A program made the translations under genes and the position numbers. Positions 40,523-49,788 of a stretch of 64,000 nucleotides of DNA are shown here, one piece after another (positions within the stretch are counted from its first letter, which is position 1; each line of letters starts with the position of its first letter). Where the stretch lies: NCBI GenBank assembly GCA_947475895.1, contig CANJMF010000006.1:17184-81183 (forward strand). The letters are read 5' to 3'. The DNA is from Fidelibacterota bacterium. GTDB taxonomy: Bacteria; Pseudomonadota; Alphaproteobacteria; Rhodospirillales; Rhodospirillaceae. The notes beneath the pieces were generated by a model. It saw only the letters and a program-made list of their open reading frames with translations, was not told the origin of the DNA and did not search any database.

Positions 40523-41440
40523 TTATGCACCTGCAAAGGCTGGCTTGGGCAGTGCACGAGCGGTCGTTGCCTCCAGTGTCCGTGCGGCTTGCACGACGGC
40601 CTTCTGAAGCTTGGTAAACGCACGGTTCTCGATCTGGCGCACGCGTTCCCGGCTGATGCCGTATTCAGCGCCGATTTCTTCAAGCGTCCGCGGACTTTCC
40701 GCTAAGCGACGCTCTTCAATAATCCGGCGTTCACGCGGCGTTAGGCCCGACAACGCGTCCTTCAGCAGTTTTGTGCCGAGCACGCGGTTTTCCCGCTCGC
40801 CTAGAACCGTTTCTTGGTCCGGCGTATTGTCCACAAGCAAGTCTTGACGCTCGACGTCGCCGTCTTCAACGACCATCTGATTGAGCGATGCATCCGACCG
40901 CGACAGCCGACGATTCATATCGATGACGTCTTTGGTCGTGACATCCAAGCGTTTGGCAATCGTCTCAGCCGCTTCGTAGGGAATATCGCCCTCTTCATAA
41001 AGGCCGAGTTTGGCCTTCAACTTGCGCAGATTGAAAAACAGTTTCTTCTGCGCAGCGACCGTGCCGACTTTCACCAGCGACCACGAATTCAAGACGTACT
41101 CGTTGATGGCGGCTTTAATCCACCACATGGCGTACGTCGCGAGACGGAATCCGCGATCGGGCTCGAACTTTTTCACGGCGCGCATCAAGCCTACATTCCC
41201 TTCCGAGATAAGGTCCGACACCGGCAAGCCGTAGAAGCGATAACCCATGGCAATCTTCGCGACCAAGCGCAGATGGCTAGTGACGAGCTTGTGCGCGGCA
41301 TCGCCATCGGCGTGCTCCGCGAAGCGTTTTGCCAACATGTATTCTTCGCCGACTTCCAGAAGCGGGAATTTCTTGATGGCCGCCATATAAGTGGCCAAAC
41401 CGTTTTCTGAAGCCAGGACGGGTATACGTGAACTAGACAT
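40523..41440 (-). CDS. rpoH: RNA polymerase sigma-32 factor RpoH
   Basis: RpoH-box region (AAQKKLFFNLRKLKAKL), region 2 (LISEGNVGLMRAVKKFEPDRGFRLATYAMWWIKAAI) and the region 4 HTH. The start is taken at MSSSRIPVL (41440). Confidence 0.9.
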   Translation of the reverse strand: MSSSRIPVLASENGLATYMAAIKKFPLLEVGEEYMLAKRFAEHADGDAAHKLVTSHLRLVAKIAMGYRFYGLPVSDLISEGNVGLMRAVKKFEPDRGFRLATYAMWWIKAAINEYVLNSWSLVKVGTVAAQKKLFFNLRKLKAKLGLYEEGDIPYEAAETIAKRLDVTTKDVIDMNRRLSRSDASLNQMVVEDGDVERQDLLVDNTPDQETVLGERENRVLGTKLLKDALSGLTPRERRIIEERRLAESPRTLEEIGAEYGISRERVRQIENRAFTKLQKAVVQAARTLEATTARALPKPAFAGA

Positions 41441-42022
41441 CTCAAACCTCCTTAACTGGGCCCCAAGGCCCCCAAACATTCCCTCGCCGAAGCGACAGGT
41501 CGTACGTCAGCTCGTGCCGCAGAATGCTGCTTGCACGTGCACTGATGCTCTGGATTGGAGATGAGTTTTATGCGGTCTCATGGGTCATATCCTTCTCGAG
41601 CAACATGACGTTTTGGCCCACCCGAAGGTCTGGCCGATCGATGGATAGCCCCAGAGGGCACTACCCAAGACGCAAATATTAACAGAACATTGGCGCGGCC
41701 GTAAAGCATTCAGAGCATGACTGATATGCAGAAATAATTGTTTATTTTCAATTACTTGTTAGAAAATAGCTAGTACCAACGCCGTCTCTCGGCAATTTGT
41801 GCGACGCTCTCAGAAGCTTTCCACGCTGCCAGCGCTTTAGATCCTCTTTTGTATTAACGCCCGTCAACGAAGCGCGTTCGCATGACACGGCTAAGCGTTT
41901 TTCAATTCCCATTGCGAGTGCTCTCGGTTCCCCCATCTCGCGAGCACGTTTCTATTTTGTGCTGATGAGAAGATTCGGATTCGCTTCGACAAGCGCGAAC
42001 TGACGACGACACCTGTCTAACC

Positions 42023-42066
42023 TTGCCGTCTTGAGGTGATGACATAATTTGTAACATCGCTGTTAC
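42023..42066 (+). promoter_or_regulatory. promoter candidate TTGCCG-N16-TAATTT followed directly by palindrome GTAAC-N6-GTTAC
   Basis: TTGCCG 42023-42028, TAATTT 42045-42050, GTAAC 42051-42055 and GTTAC 42062-42066, about 55 nt upstream of the 42120 ATG. Confidence 0.3.
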
Positions 42067-42119
42067 GACCACGTCATACAGTCGCCACGAAGTTTGCCGA
42101 AATTATCCGGTGATTGGGC

Positions 42120-42743
42120 ATGAAGAAGGAGCTGGCCGTGTTTAATTTGAGCAAGTCATTCAAATCCGTGGTGGTGGCCGGCATGACGTTGGCCGCTGTC
42201 GCCGGTTCAGTTGCGCCAGCAGCCGCGCAACGTTTTGACCGCAATCACGATGGGCGTCCAGACTGGAGCGGCGACCGTCGCTTCGATGGCCCGCGTCATG
42301 ACGTCATCATTCGTGAACGGCCGCGATATTATCACTATCGTCCGATGCCGCGTCAGCGCTGGTATCACAATACTTATGTGTATCGTCCTTGGGGCCGCCC
42401 GTATGTGGGCTACGGCTTTTATTATCGCGATGACGATGCGTTGCGCTTCCTAGGCCTGACCGCACTTAGCTTTGCGGCATTCTCAGCAATGTCGGAATCA
42501 CAGCAACGCGCTCACGAGCAAGCCGTCGTGGACGCGACTGCTGCGCCGGTCGGAGAGCCCATCTCGTGGAACGACGGCAACGGCTCGGGTGAAGTCGCGA
42601 CTGTACGCGAGGGCCACACCACCGACGGGCGCCAATGCCGCGAGTTCCAGCAAAGCGTCACGATTGCTGGAAAAAAAGAACAGGCTTACGGAACAGCGTG
42701 CGTCCAACCCGATGGGTCTTGGCAGGTGGTTGGCGAAAAATAG
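42120..42743 (+). CDS. surface-antigen-like exported protein (COG4520 / RT0821-Lpp0805-type C-terminal domain)
   Basis: Signal peptide VVVAGMTLAAVAGSVAPAAA and an Arg/Tyr/Pro-rich middle. The C-terminus (W..G.G.GEV...DGRQCREFQQSVTIAGKKEQAYGTACVQPDGSWQVV) is typical of 17-kDa surface antigen relatives. Confidence 0.65.
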   Translation: MKKELAVFNLSKSFKSVVVAGMTLAAVAGSVAPAAAQRFDRNHDGRPDWSGDRRFDGPRHDVIIRERPRYYHYRPMPRQRWYHNTYVYRPWGRPYVGYGFYYRDDDALRFLGLTALSFAAFSAMSESQQRAHEQAVVDATAAPVGEPISWNDGNGSGEVATVREGHTTDGRQCREFQQSVTIAGKKEQAYGTACVQPDGSWQVVGEK

Positions 42744-42778
42744 CAGAGAAGCGCGATTGCTCATTTGTGCGCAAAGAA

Positions 42779-42815
42779 AATCCCGCCGCCATCTTTCGAT
42801 GGGGCGGGATTTTTT
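42779..42815. terminator. bidirectional rho-independent terminator
   Basis: GAAAATCCCGCCGCCATCTTTCGATGGGGCGGGATTTTTT, between the convergent surface-antigen and RidA-family genes. Confidence 0.85.
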
Positions 42816-42831
42816 CGTATCAAGTCGGGAA

Positions 42832-43176
42832 TTATTTCGCAGCGATGACGGCGATTTCTACCAAGTATTCCGGCGCCGCCAACTTAGCTTCAAGTGTCGT
42901 TCGACTGGGGCATTGCCCCGCCACTACCCACGCGTCCCAAGACTTATTCATATCGGCAAACGTTTTGATATCGGCGAGATAAATTGTTGCCGACAGGATT
43001 TTCTCCTTCGAAGAACCCGTTTCCTTCAAGAGGTCATCGATCTGCTTGAGCACAGCCTGCGTCTGGCCAGCCACGTCGCCAACGTCCTTGTTGACCTGAC
43101 CGGCGAGATAAACGGTATCGCCGTGAACGCTGGCTTGACTCATGCGGGGGCCAGTTTGGAAGCGAACGACAGACAT
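42832..43176 (-). CDS. RidA/YjgF family protein
   Basis: 114 aa. VYLAGQV...QTQAVLKQIDDLL...ILSATIYLADI...R.TLEAKLA...VEIAVIA is the RidA family pattern. Confidence 0.8.
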   Translation of the reverse strand: MSVVRFQTGPRMSQASVHGDTVYLAGQVNKDVGDVAGQTQAVLKQIDDLLKETGSSKEKILSATIYLADIKTFADMNKSWDAWVVAGQCPSRTTLEAKLAAPEYLVEIAVIAAK

Positions 43177-43191
43177 GCTGATTCTCCTTGA

Positions 43192-44790
43192 TTAGGTCGC
43201 GGCTTGGACAAGCTCGCGGGTTTTCAGAAACTGGATTTTTGGATTGTCGTCGATGGTGCGGCCCAAGTGCCAGGCATTGCGCGCCAAAAACACCGGTTCG
43301 CCGTCATGGTCGTCGGCGACAGCAATGCGGTTGCTGTCCATGAATTTCTTGAGGGACGGCGCGTCGTCGCTGTGCAGCCACCGCGCGGTATAGAGTTCGG
43401 ATTGTTCGAACCTCACCGGCACGTCGTATTCCGTGCGGATACGATCCGCGAGAATTTCGAACTGCAGCGCGCCCACAACACCCACGATCCAGTCCGTACC
43501 GAAGCGCGGTTTGAAAACGCTTGCCGCTCCCTCTTCCGCCAGCTGCTGAAGGGCACGGCCCAGGTGCTTGGCTTTCAGCGGATCTTCGGGGCGAACGGTT
43601 TGTAGCAATTCGGGTGCAAAAACCGGAATGCCGGTGAAATGCAGAGTCTCGCCCTCGGTCAGGCTGTCGCCGATCCGAAGATTGCCGTAGTTGGGAATGC
43701 CGATGATATCGCCCGGCCAAGCTTCCTCAGCGCGTTCGCGCTCCTGTGCCATGAAGATCTGCGGATTGGAAATCGCAAGTGTCTTACCCGAGCGGACATG
43801 AAGCAGCTTCGCGCCGCGCTTGAAATGGCCGGACGACAGACGCACGAAAGCAATGCGGTCGCGATGCTTTGGGTCCATGTTTGCTTGAATTTTAAACACG
43901 AACGCGGCGACCTTGGTCTCCTCTGGATCCACGATACGCTCTGCCGTTTTTTGCGGCTGCGGCGCAGGCGCGATTTCGCCAACGCCTTCGAGAAGCTCGC
44001 GAACACCGAAGTTGTTCAAGGCACTTCCGAAGTAAACCGGCGTCATGTGCCCTTCGAGATAAGCCTGTCGATCAAACGGTTTACACAGCGCGCGTGCCAT
44101 CTCCACGTCTTCGCGCAGTTTTGTGACCGCGGCGGGCGGCAGCAATTCATCGAGCTTCGGATCGTCGAGACCTTGGCACTCGATCCCCTCATCAATGCGC
44201 TCGCCTTTGGTGCGCGCCATGAGGATCAATTTGTCGTGCAGCAAATCATAGCAGCCGAGAAACTCGCGGCCCATGCCAATGGGCCAGCTAACCGGCGACA
44301 CATCCAAGGCTAGCTTGTTTTCGATCTCCTGCAAAAGCGCGAACGGGTCCTGCCCTTCGCGATCCAGCTTGTTGATGAAAGTGGTGATCGGCATATCGCG
44401 CATCCGGCACACTTCGAACAACTTGAGGGTTTGCGTTTCAATGCCTTTCGCGACGTCCAAAACCATGACCGCGGAATCCACGGCCGTGAGCGTGCGGTAA
44501 GTGTCTTCGCTGAAGTCTTCGTGACCCGGCGTATCGAGCAGGTTGAATGTATGCGGGCCATAATCGTAAGTCATGACGGCGGACGTCACGGAAATTCCGC
44601 GCTCTTGCTCGACTTTCATCCAGTCGGAGCGTGCGCGGCGGCGTTCGCCTTTTGCTTTGACCGCACCGGCAAGCTGAATAGCGCCGCCAAACAGCAGCAG
44701 CTTTTCCGTGAGCGTCGTTTTACCCGCGTCGGGGTGGGAAATGATGGCGAACGTGCGCCTGCGCGCGACCTGATCTTGCAAAACCGACAT
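43192..44790 (-). CDS. prfC: peptide chain release factor 3
   Basis: RRTFAIISHPDAGKTTLTEKLLLFGGAIQ...LLDTPGHEDFSEDTYR, 532 aa. Confidence 0.95.
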   Translation of the reverse strand: MSVLQDQVARRRTFAIISHPDAGKTTLTEKLLLFGGAIQLAGAVKAKGERRRARSDWMKVEQERGISVTSAVMTYDYGPHTFNLLDTPGHEDFSEDTYRTLTAVDSAVMVLDVAKGIETQTLKLFEVCRMRDMPITTFINKLDREGQDPFALLQEIENKLALDVSPVSWPIGMGREFLGCYDLLHDKLILMARTKGERIDEGIECQGLDDPKLDELLPPAAVTKLREDVEMARALCKPFDRQAYLEGHMTPVYFGSALNNFGVRELLEGVGEIAPAPQPQKTAERIVDPEETKVAAFVFKIQANMDPKHRDRIAFVRLSSGHFKRGAKLLHVRSGKTLAISNPQIFMAQERERAEEAWPGDIIGIPNYGNLRIGDSLTEGETLHFTGIPVFAPELLQTVRPEDPLKAKHLGRALQQLAEEGAASVFKPRFGTDWIVGVVGALQFEILADRIRTEYDVPVRFEQSELYTARWLHSDDAPSLKKFMDSNRIAVADDHDGEPVFLARNAWHLGRTIDDNPKIQFLKTRELVQAAT

Positions 44791-44792
44791 GG

Positions 44793-45110
44793 CTATTCAA
44801 GCGCATCGAGTTGAAGCGCAACAGCAAGCCCATCTAACGCCGGGGTCATTCTGATCTGGCACGAAAGGCGCGAGGTTTCGGTGCGGTAATCGGACATATC
44901 GAGGAGATCGCTTTCTTCGCTTCCCGCCCGCCCGGTTTTTGAAACCCACACGGGATCCACCTGCACATGACAGGTGGCACACGCCATGGCACCGCCGCAC
45001 TCGGCCCGCACGGGAAGGCCGGCGTCGCGCATGGCCGACATCACCGAACTCATGGGCTTAGCGATCACTTCGCTTTTGGAACCATCGGGGAGCGTAACAA
45101 CGATTTTCAT
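44793..45110 (-). CDS. adrenodoxin/putidaredoxin-type [2Fe-2S] ferredoxin
   Basis: CGGAMACATCHV ... SRLSCQI cysteine pattern. The start is taken at MKIVVTLPDG (45110), which has GAAGG upstream. The ORF-track GTG at 45140 has no usable SD spacing. Confidence 0.8.
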   Translation of the reverse strand: MKIVVTLPDGSKSEVIAKPMSSVMSAMRDAGLPVRAECGGAMACATCHVQVDPVWVSKTGRAGSEESDLLDMSDYRTETSRLSCQIRMTPALDGLAVALQLDALE

Positions 45111-45146
45111 TCCGGCCTTCGCTTGATCGGCCGGCGGCACATCCTT

Positions 45147-46187
45147 TTAGGAAGCGCCGATTTTGGCCTGGATGGCAGAGCTCGAGGTGGTGTGCTCGAA
45201 CCGCAGTTTCTGGTTGGGCCTTGCATAATGGAAACAGCCGTGCGCCATCAAGGCGGATTCGTGGAAACCCGAGAGAATCAGCTTCAATTTGCCCGGATAA
45301 GCACACATATCGCCGATACAGAAAATGCCGGGCGTGCTGGTCTCGAAATTCTCGGTCGAAACCGGTACGTGGTTGTGCTCGAGGTTAAGGCCCCAATCGG
45401 CAATCGGTCCTAGTTTCATCGTCAGGCCGTAGAAGGCGAGCATGGCATCACAGGCCACATCCCACTCTCCTTTTTCAGCGTTCTTAAGCGTGACCGACTT
45501 TAGTTGGCCGTTATCGCCATTGAGGCGCAGGATATCGCCGATCTGCAAACTGACTTTGCCGGCCTCGACCAAGCTGTACATCTGGTCGACGGTTACCTGC
45601 ATCCCACGGAATTCGTTGCGACGATGCACGAGGCTCATTCCAGCAACGACCGGTTGAAGGTTGACCACCCAATCGAGCGCGGAATCGCCGCCTCCGGCAA
45701 TCAATACGTTTTTGCCGCGGAACTGCTCCATTTTGCGCACGGAATAAAACAGCGACTTATTTTCGAATTCTTCCAAACGCTCGAGTTTGGGCTTCTTGGG
45801 CATAAAGCTACCACCGCCACCGGCAACGACGATGACCGGCGCTTCGATGACCGTGCCGAGATCTGTGACGAGGCGCCAATGGCCGCTCTCGAGCTTCTCG
45901 AGCTTCTCGGCCATCTGCTGAAAATGAAATGTGGGATGAAACGGCGCGGCCTGCGCCATGAGATCTTGCGAGAGTTCTTGGCCAGTGATTTTCAACCGGC
46001 TCGGAATATCGAGGATCGCCTTCTCGGGATAAAGCTCGGCGCACTGCCCGCCCGGCCGATCAAGAATATCGACCACATGGCTTGAAAGTCCGAGGAGACC
46101 CAATTCAAAGATGGCGAAGAGACCAACGGGTCCCGCGCCGATAATGATCACGTCAGTCTTGTACGACTGGCTTCCGGCGTCAGGCAT
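45147..46187 (-). CDS. thioredoxin-reductase-like ferredoxin-NADP+ reductase
   Basis: DVIIIGAGPVGLFAIFELGLLGL and a second dinucleotide motif (NVLIAGGGDSALDW). At about 346 aa it is typical of the TrxR-type FNR family. Confidence 0.8.
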   Translation of the reverse strand: MPDAGSQSYKTDVIIIGAGPVGLFAIFELGLLGLSSHVVDILDRPGGQCAELYPEKAILDIPSRLKITGQELSQDLMAQAAPFHPTFHFQQMAEKLEKLESGHWRLVTDLGTVIEAPVIVVAGGGGSFMPKKPKLERLEEFENKSLFYSVRKMEQFRGKNVLIAGGGDSALDWVVNLQPVVAGMSLVHRRNEFRGMQVTVDQMYSLVEAGKVSLQIGDILRLNGDNGQLKSVTLKNAEKGEWDVACDAMLAFYGLTMKLGPIADWGLNLEHNHVPVSTENFETSTPGIFCIGDMCAYPGKLKLILSGFHESALMAHGCFHYARPNQKLRFEHTTSSSAIQAKIGAS

Positions 46188-46223
46188 TGGATCCTCCCCA
46201 GTGCAACTACCGCGGGGCGGATC

Positions 46224-47840
46224 TCATGCACGGGGCTTAGACAGATAGTCCTGCCATTGCTCGGGCGTATCGAGATCCGTCAATACGGCAGTGTCACCAA
46301 ATTCCACTTCGTAAACAAGCGATTCGTTGGCGCCGATGAGATGCCGGGCACCCACGTCGCCGGCCACTTCTTGCATTTCCTCAAAGAACCGCCGCGCCCA
46401 AAGCACGGGATTGCCGCGTTTGCCATTATGGGTCGGCACGCCAATGGCGCGGTCGTTCTCGGGATCGAACTCCGCAATGAGCCGCGCGATGTGTTCCGTC
46501 GAAACGGCAGGCATATCACCCAAGCAGACCAATACGCCGTCGATTTCAGGCGGTAGCGCTTGAAGACCTATCTTGAGCGACGTGGAAAGGCCCTCAGCGT
46601 ATCGCGGGTTATGAACGGTCGTGACGGCTAGGTCGCCCAACGCCTCAGCGACCTCGTCGCACTGATGACCTGTAACGATGACAACTTGATCGAGATGCGC
46701 AGCCTGAACAGTCTTCACGGTTCGCCGTACAAGGAGTTCACCCCTCACCGGCATCAAAAGTTTATTGGCGCCGGCCATACGCCGCGACTGACCCGCAGCT
46801 AAAATGATGCCCGCAACACGACGTGCGGGCTGCGCGCGCACAGCCGTGGTGCGCGGCAATGGGCGGCTTGGAATGTCCACGAGCAACCCACCAACGCCCA
46901 TACGCATGATATCTGCGGCTGTCACGGCGATGCCGGCAGCAAGGCGCTGCATAACCCAATCAGCGCCGTTCAGCTTGGGTGAACGCGCGCATCCCGGCAG
47001 CACCAAAACCAGCACGTCTCCTATATGCGCGAGGACAAGCAGATTTCCGGGATCGACGGGCATGCCAAAATGATCAACCACCCCACTCAGTGCGGTAATC
47101 GCGGCGGGCACCACGTCTTTACGGTCGACCGTGGCAGAGGCTCCCGCGATCAAAACAACGTCGGGACGCCGCGCCAAGGCATCTTGCAATGCGCCCACAA
47201 CATCAGACGTTTTGTGCTGGCTTTGGGTAGAGGAAATAACTGTACCGCCAAGCGTTTCAACGCGATGGCGCGTGATCTCTTCTGTCGATGCGAGAACTGA
47301 TGGCTTGAGGCTCGCCGACAGAGTGCTAATCAGCGCGAAGTTCAGGGGGCGATATGGCGTGAGGGAAATGGCGCCTTCTTTCAAAACCGTGAGCACTTGG
47401 CGCATGACGTCGCTTGCAACAGCGAAGGGGATGATTTTCACCGTGGCGAGAATCTGCCCGGCCTTTGCCGCCTGCTTATCCGGTAGCGTTGCAATCGTAA
47501 CCGTTTCGCTGATGAGATTTGCCGCCGCAATCGAGGCTTCGTCCAGGCGGACAATGCCATCTTGCGCGGCTTCGATATTACAGCGCCCCGTGCGTGCTTC
47601 CGACAGGCGGACATTTGACCCGAGAATACGCGCAGCAATTTGTGCCGCGGCAACATCTTCGCCGATATCGTCCGGCGCCAAGCGCGCGCCCATAACGTCT
47701 TTAACACCCGCCGTTTTCAATGCCGCTGCATCAGCCTCGGTAACGACATGACCTTTCTTAAACGTCAGCGCCGCAGATCGAAATGTATGGGCGAGAATAA
47801 CGCCAATGCTGTCGTCGATGGGAAAGACGTCGAACTTCAT
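46224..47840 (-). CDS. fusion protein: MoCF-biosynthesis-type molybdopterin-binding domain + MobA/MocA-like nucleotidyltransferase
   Basis: The C-terminal VAGIILAAGQSRRMAGANKLL...VCLGDMP is MobA/MocA-like. The N-terminal ~330 aa resemble a MoeA/CinA-type MPT-binding domain. The start is taken at MKFDVFPI (47840), giving an ATGA overlap with the upstream XdhC gene. Confidence 0.7.
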   Translation of the reverse strand: MKFDVFPIDDSIGVILAHTFRSAALTFKKGHVVTEADAAALKTAGVKDVMGARLAPDDIGEDVAAAQIAARILGSNVRLSEARTGRCNIEAAQDGIVRLDEASIAAANLISETVTIATLPDKQAAKAGQILATVKIIPFAVASDVMRQVLTVLKEGAISLTPYRPLNFALISTLSASLKPSVLASTEEITRHRVETLGGTVISSTQSQHKTSDVVGALQDALARRPDVVLIAGASATVDRKDVVPAAITALSGVVDHFGMPVDPGNLLVLAHIGDVLVLVLPGCARSPKLNGADWVMQRLAAGIAVTAADIMRMGVGGLLVDIPSRPLPRTTAVRAQPARRVAGIILAAGQSRRMAGANKLLMPVRGELLVRRTVKTVQAAHLDQVVIVTGHQCDEVAEALGDLAVTTVHNPRYAEGLSTSLKIGLQALPPEIDGVLVCLGDMPAVSTEHIARLIAEFDPENDRAIGVPTHNGKRGNPVLWARRFFEEMQEVAGDVGARHLIGANESLVYEVEFGDTAVLTDLDTPEQWQDYLSKPRA

Positions 47841-48523
47841 GCGGCCTCGGCACGCAAGACTGCGATAACTTGCGCCAAAATCGACACGGCGATCTCGGCG
47901 GGTGACGAAGCATCGATATCGAGACCGACAGGTCCATGAATACGGGCCGTGACAGCCGCACTGAAGCCCGCGTCTTTTAAGCGGTCCAAGCGCTTTGCAT
48001 GCGTCTTCCGACTGCCGAGCGCGCCGATATAAAATGCTGGCGATCGCAATGCTGCACACAACGCAGGGTCGTCGAGCTTCGGATCATGTGTAAGCGTGAC
48101 AACGGCGGTGCGCATATCCGGTTGAACTTTTTCCATAGCGTCGTCGGGCCAATCGATAATGGCGGCAACATTGGCCAAATTGCCTGAGCGAACGAAAGCT
48201 TCACGCGGGTCGATGACCGTCACGTCGAACCCCGCAAGTTGCGCCATCGGCGCCAACGCTTGCGCGATATGGACCGCACCAATAATGATCATGCGTGTGG
48301 GCGGGCTGTACACGCGAACAAATAAGCCGCCATCCAGGACTCCAGAGCGATCCGAAGCAATCCGCGCTCGCACTGTGTCCAAAATGGCGGGCGCGAGTTC
48401 CAAATCGCCCACAACACTGTCCGTCACCAGCGCCTGTTTTCCTGATTGCGTATCGGTCACAAGCGCACACGGTTGTTTGCGCGCACGAAGACTGCTGAGC
48501 TGTTTTAAATTGTCGAGATTCAT
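47837..48523 (-). CDS. XdhC/CoxI family maturation protein (with Rossmann-like XdhC_C)
   Basis: MIIIGAVHIAQALAPMAQLAGFDVTVIDPR...VVTLTHDPKLDDPAL...YIGALGSRKTHAKR. Confidence 0.75.
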   Translation of the reverse strand: MNLDNLKQLSSLRARKQPCALVTDTQSGKQALVTDSVVGDLELAPAILDTVRARIASDRSGVLDGGLFVRVYSPPTRMIIIGAVHIAQALAPMAQLAGFDVTVIDPREAFVRSGNLANVAAIIDWPDDAMEKVQPDMRTAVVTLTHDPKLDDPALCAALRSPAFYIGALGSRKTHAKRLDRLKDAGFSAAVTARIHGPVGLDIDASSPAEIAVSILAQVIAVLRAEAA

Positions 48524-48837
48524 GCCGTCACAGGCTCAACAAAGACCTGAACGCGTCCACCACACGCAAGTCCCACTTCCCACGCCGCCTCGTCGGTGAC
48601 GCCGTACTCCAGGACTTTTGGCGATCCGGTTTTGATCGCATCTAACGCGGCCGCGACGACTGCTCCCTCAATACATCCGCCTGAAACAGAGCCCGAGAAA
48701 TCGCCGCTTTCACGAACGGCCATATGACTGCCGACAGGACGGGGACTTGAACCCCATGTCGCGATAACGGTGGCCAGTGCGGTCTTGTGACCGCTCGCGA
48801 TCCACTCCTGCAACTGGGTCAAAGCATCCGGCGTCAT
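48520..48837 (-). CDS. XdhC/CoxI family protein (N-terminal domain only)
   Basis: ALATVIATWGSSPRPVGSHMAV...GSVSGGCIEGAV. 105 aa, with a 4-nt overlap with the next gene. Confidence 0.75.
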   Translation of the reverse strand: MTPDALTQLQEWIASGHKTALATVIATWGSSPRPVGSHMAVRESGDFSGSVSGGCIEGAVVAAALDAIKTGSPKVLEYGVTDEAAWEVGLACGGRVQVFVEPVTA

Positions 48838-48861
48838 ACGCTGTCCTGAACTTTTTAGCTT

Positions 48862-49311
48862 CTAGGTACCCGCAGCGCGCTTAATGGCTTTGCGGATGCG
48901 AGAATACGTTCCGCAGCGGCAAATATTGGTGATGTTCGTATTGATGTCTTCGTCGGTCGGCTTGGGATTGGTTTTAAGAAGCGCTGCGATGGCCATGATC
49001 ATGCCCGGCTGACAATAACCGCACTGCGGAACATCCTCCGCGATCCATGCGCGTTGCACCGGATGGCTGCGATTTTTAGAGAGACCCTCAATCGTTACAA
49101 TGCGCTTGCCCGCAAGTGCTCCAATCGGGATCGAACAGGCTTGTTCGGCAACGCCGTCGACATGCACGGTGCATGCGCCGCACGCACCAATACCGCAGCC
49201 AAACTTGGTGCCGGTCATGCCGAGCGTATCGCGTAAAACCCACAGCAGTGGGGTCTCCGGATCTACGTCCAGCTTCTTCGTTTCGCCGTTCACCTTAAGC
49301 GTAATCGCCAT
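48862..49311 (-). CDS. (2Fe-2S)-binding small subunit of the xanthine dehydrogenase / aldehyde oxidase family (IorA/CoxS-like)
   Basis: [16 protein letters not shown] and [11 protein letters not shown] motifs. 149 aa. Confidence 0.85.
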   Translation of the reverse strand: MAITLKVNGETKKLDVDPETPLLWVLRDTLGMTGTKFGCGIGACGACTVHVDGVAEQACSIPIGALAGKRIVTIEGLSKNRSHPVQRAWIAEDVPQCGYCQPGMIMAIAALLKTNPKPTDEDINTNITNICRCGTYSRIRKAIKRAAGT

Positions 49312-49788
49312 TCAATCTCTCTCCGCGAGCCCCTTCTATATCACGCCCAAATCCGCCTCACCGCCGCCGGAAATACCATCCCGCATATTGGCGAGAGGTT
49401 ATGTGCATCGCTTCCGTTCCCTCGTCCACCCCCCTATTTATTGTGGTGTCATAAGCCTGACATACAAAATAGAGTGACAAGGTCGGAATTGTCTGAGACT
49501 ATACTGATGAATTATTTGGGGGTTAGCGCCTGTCCGCTCATGCAGACGGTTCGCCAACGAGAGACAGAGATCGGCGCCACGAGCGCCACCCCGGCCGCAG
49601 AAAACCGGCTTACGCACGGTTTTGGCGAAGACAGCGTTCCAGCTTTTTTTGAAGCGCCTCCCTCTGCGGGAGGCGTTGCCGTTTCTACCACCTCCGACAC
49701 ATGGAAAGGAGACCCGGATAACTCGGTGTTCGACACCCGTCGGCACGAGGTTTCACGCTCAGTCATTTTTCAGGAGCACAGCATCCAG

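Noticed and set aside
41560-41620. Possible sigma-32-type promoter (GTTGCT-N14-CCCATGAG, minus strand) upstream of rpoH
   Set aside because: The match to CTTGAA-N13-17-CCCCATNT is partial and I cannot evaluate it statistically by eye. It is not reported as a feature.
49312-49788. Possible Moco riboswitch or other leader upstream of the 2Fe-2S/XdhC/MocA operon; also the 116 extra N-terminal codons given to phoH in the ORF track
   Set aside because: I read the minus-strand leader and could not find the conserved Moco-motif elements I remember. An 8-bp hairpin (CGCCTCCC/GGGAGGCG near 49655-49680) exists, but no family can be assigned by eye, so Rfam cmscan would be needed. The phoH N-terminal extension has no PhoH similarity and poor composition, so the start is placed at 49789.
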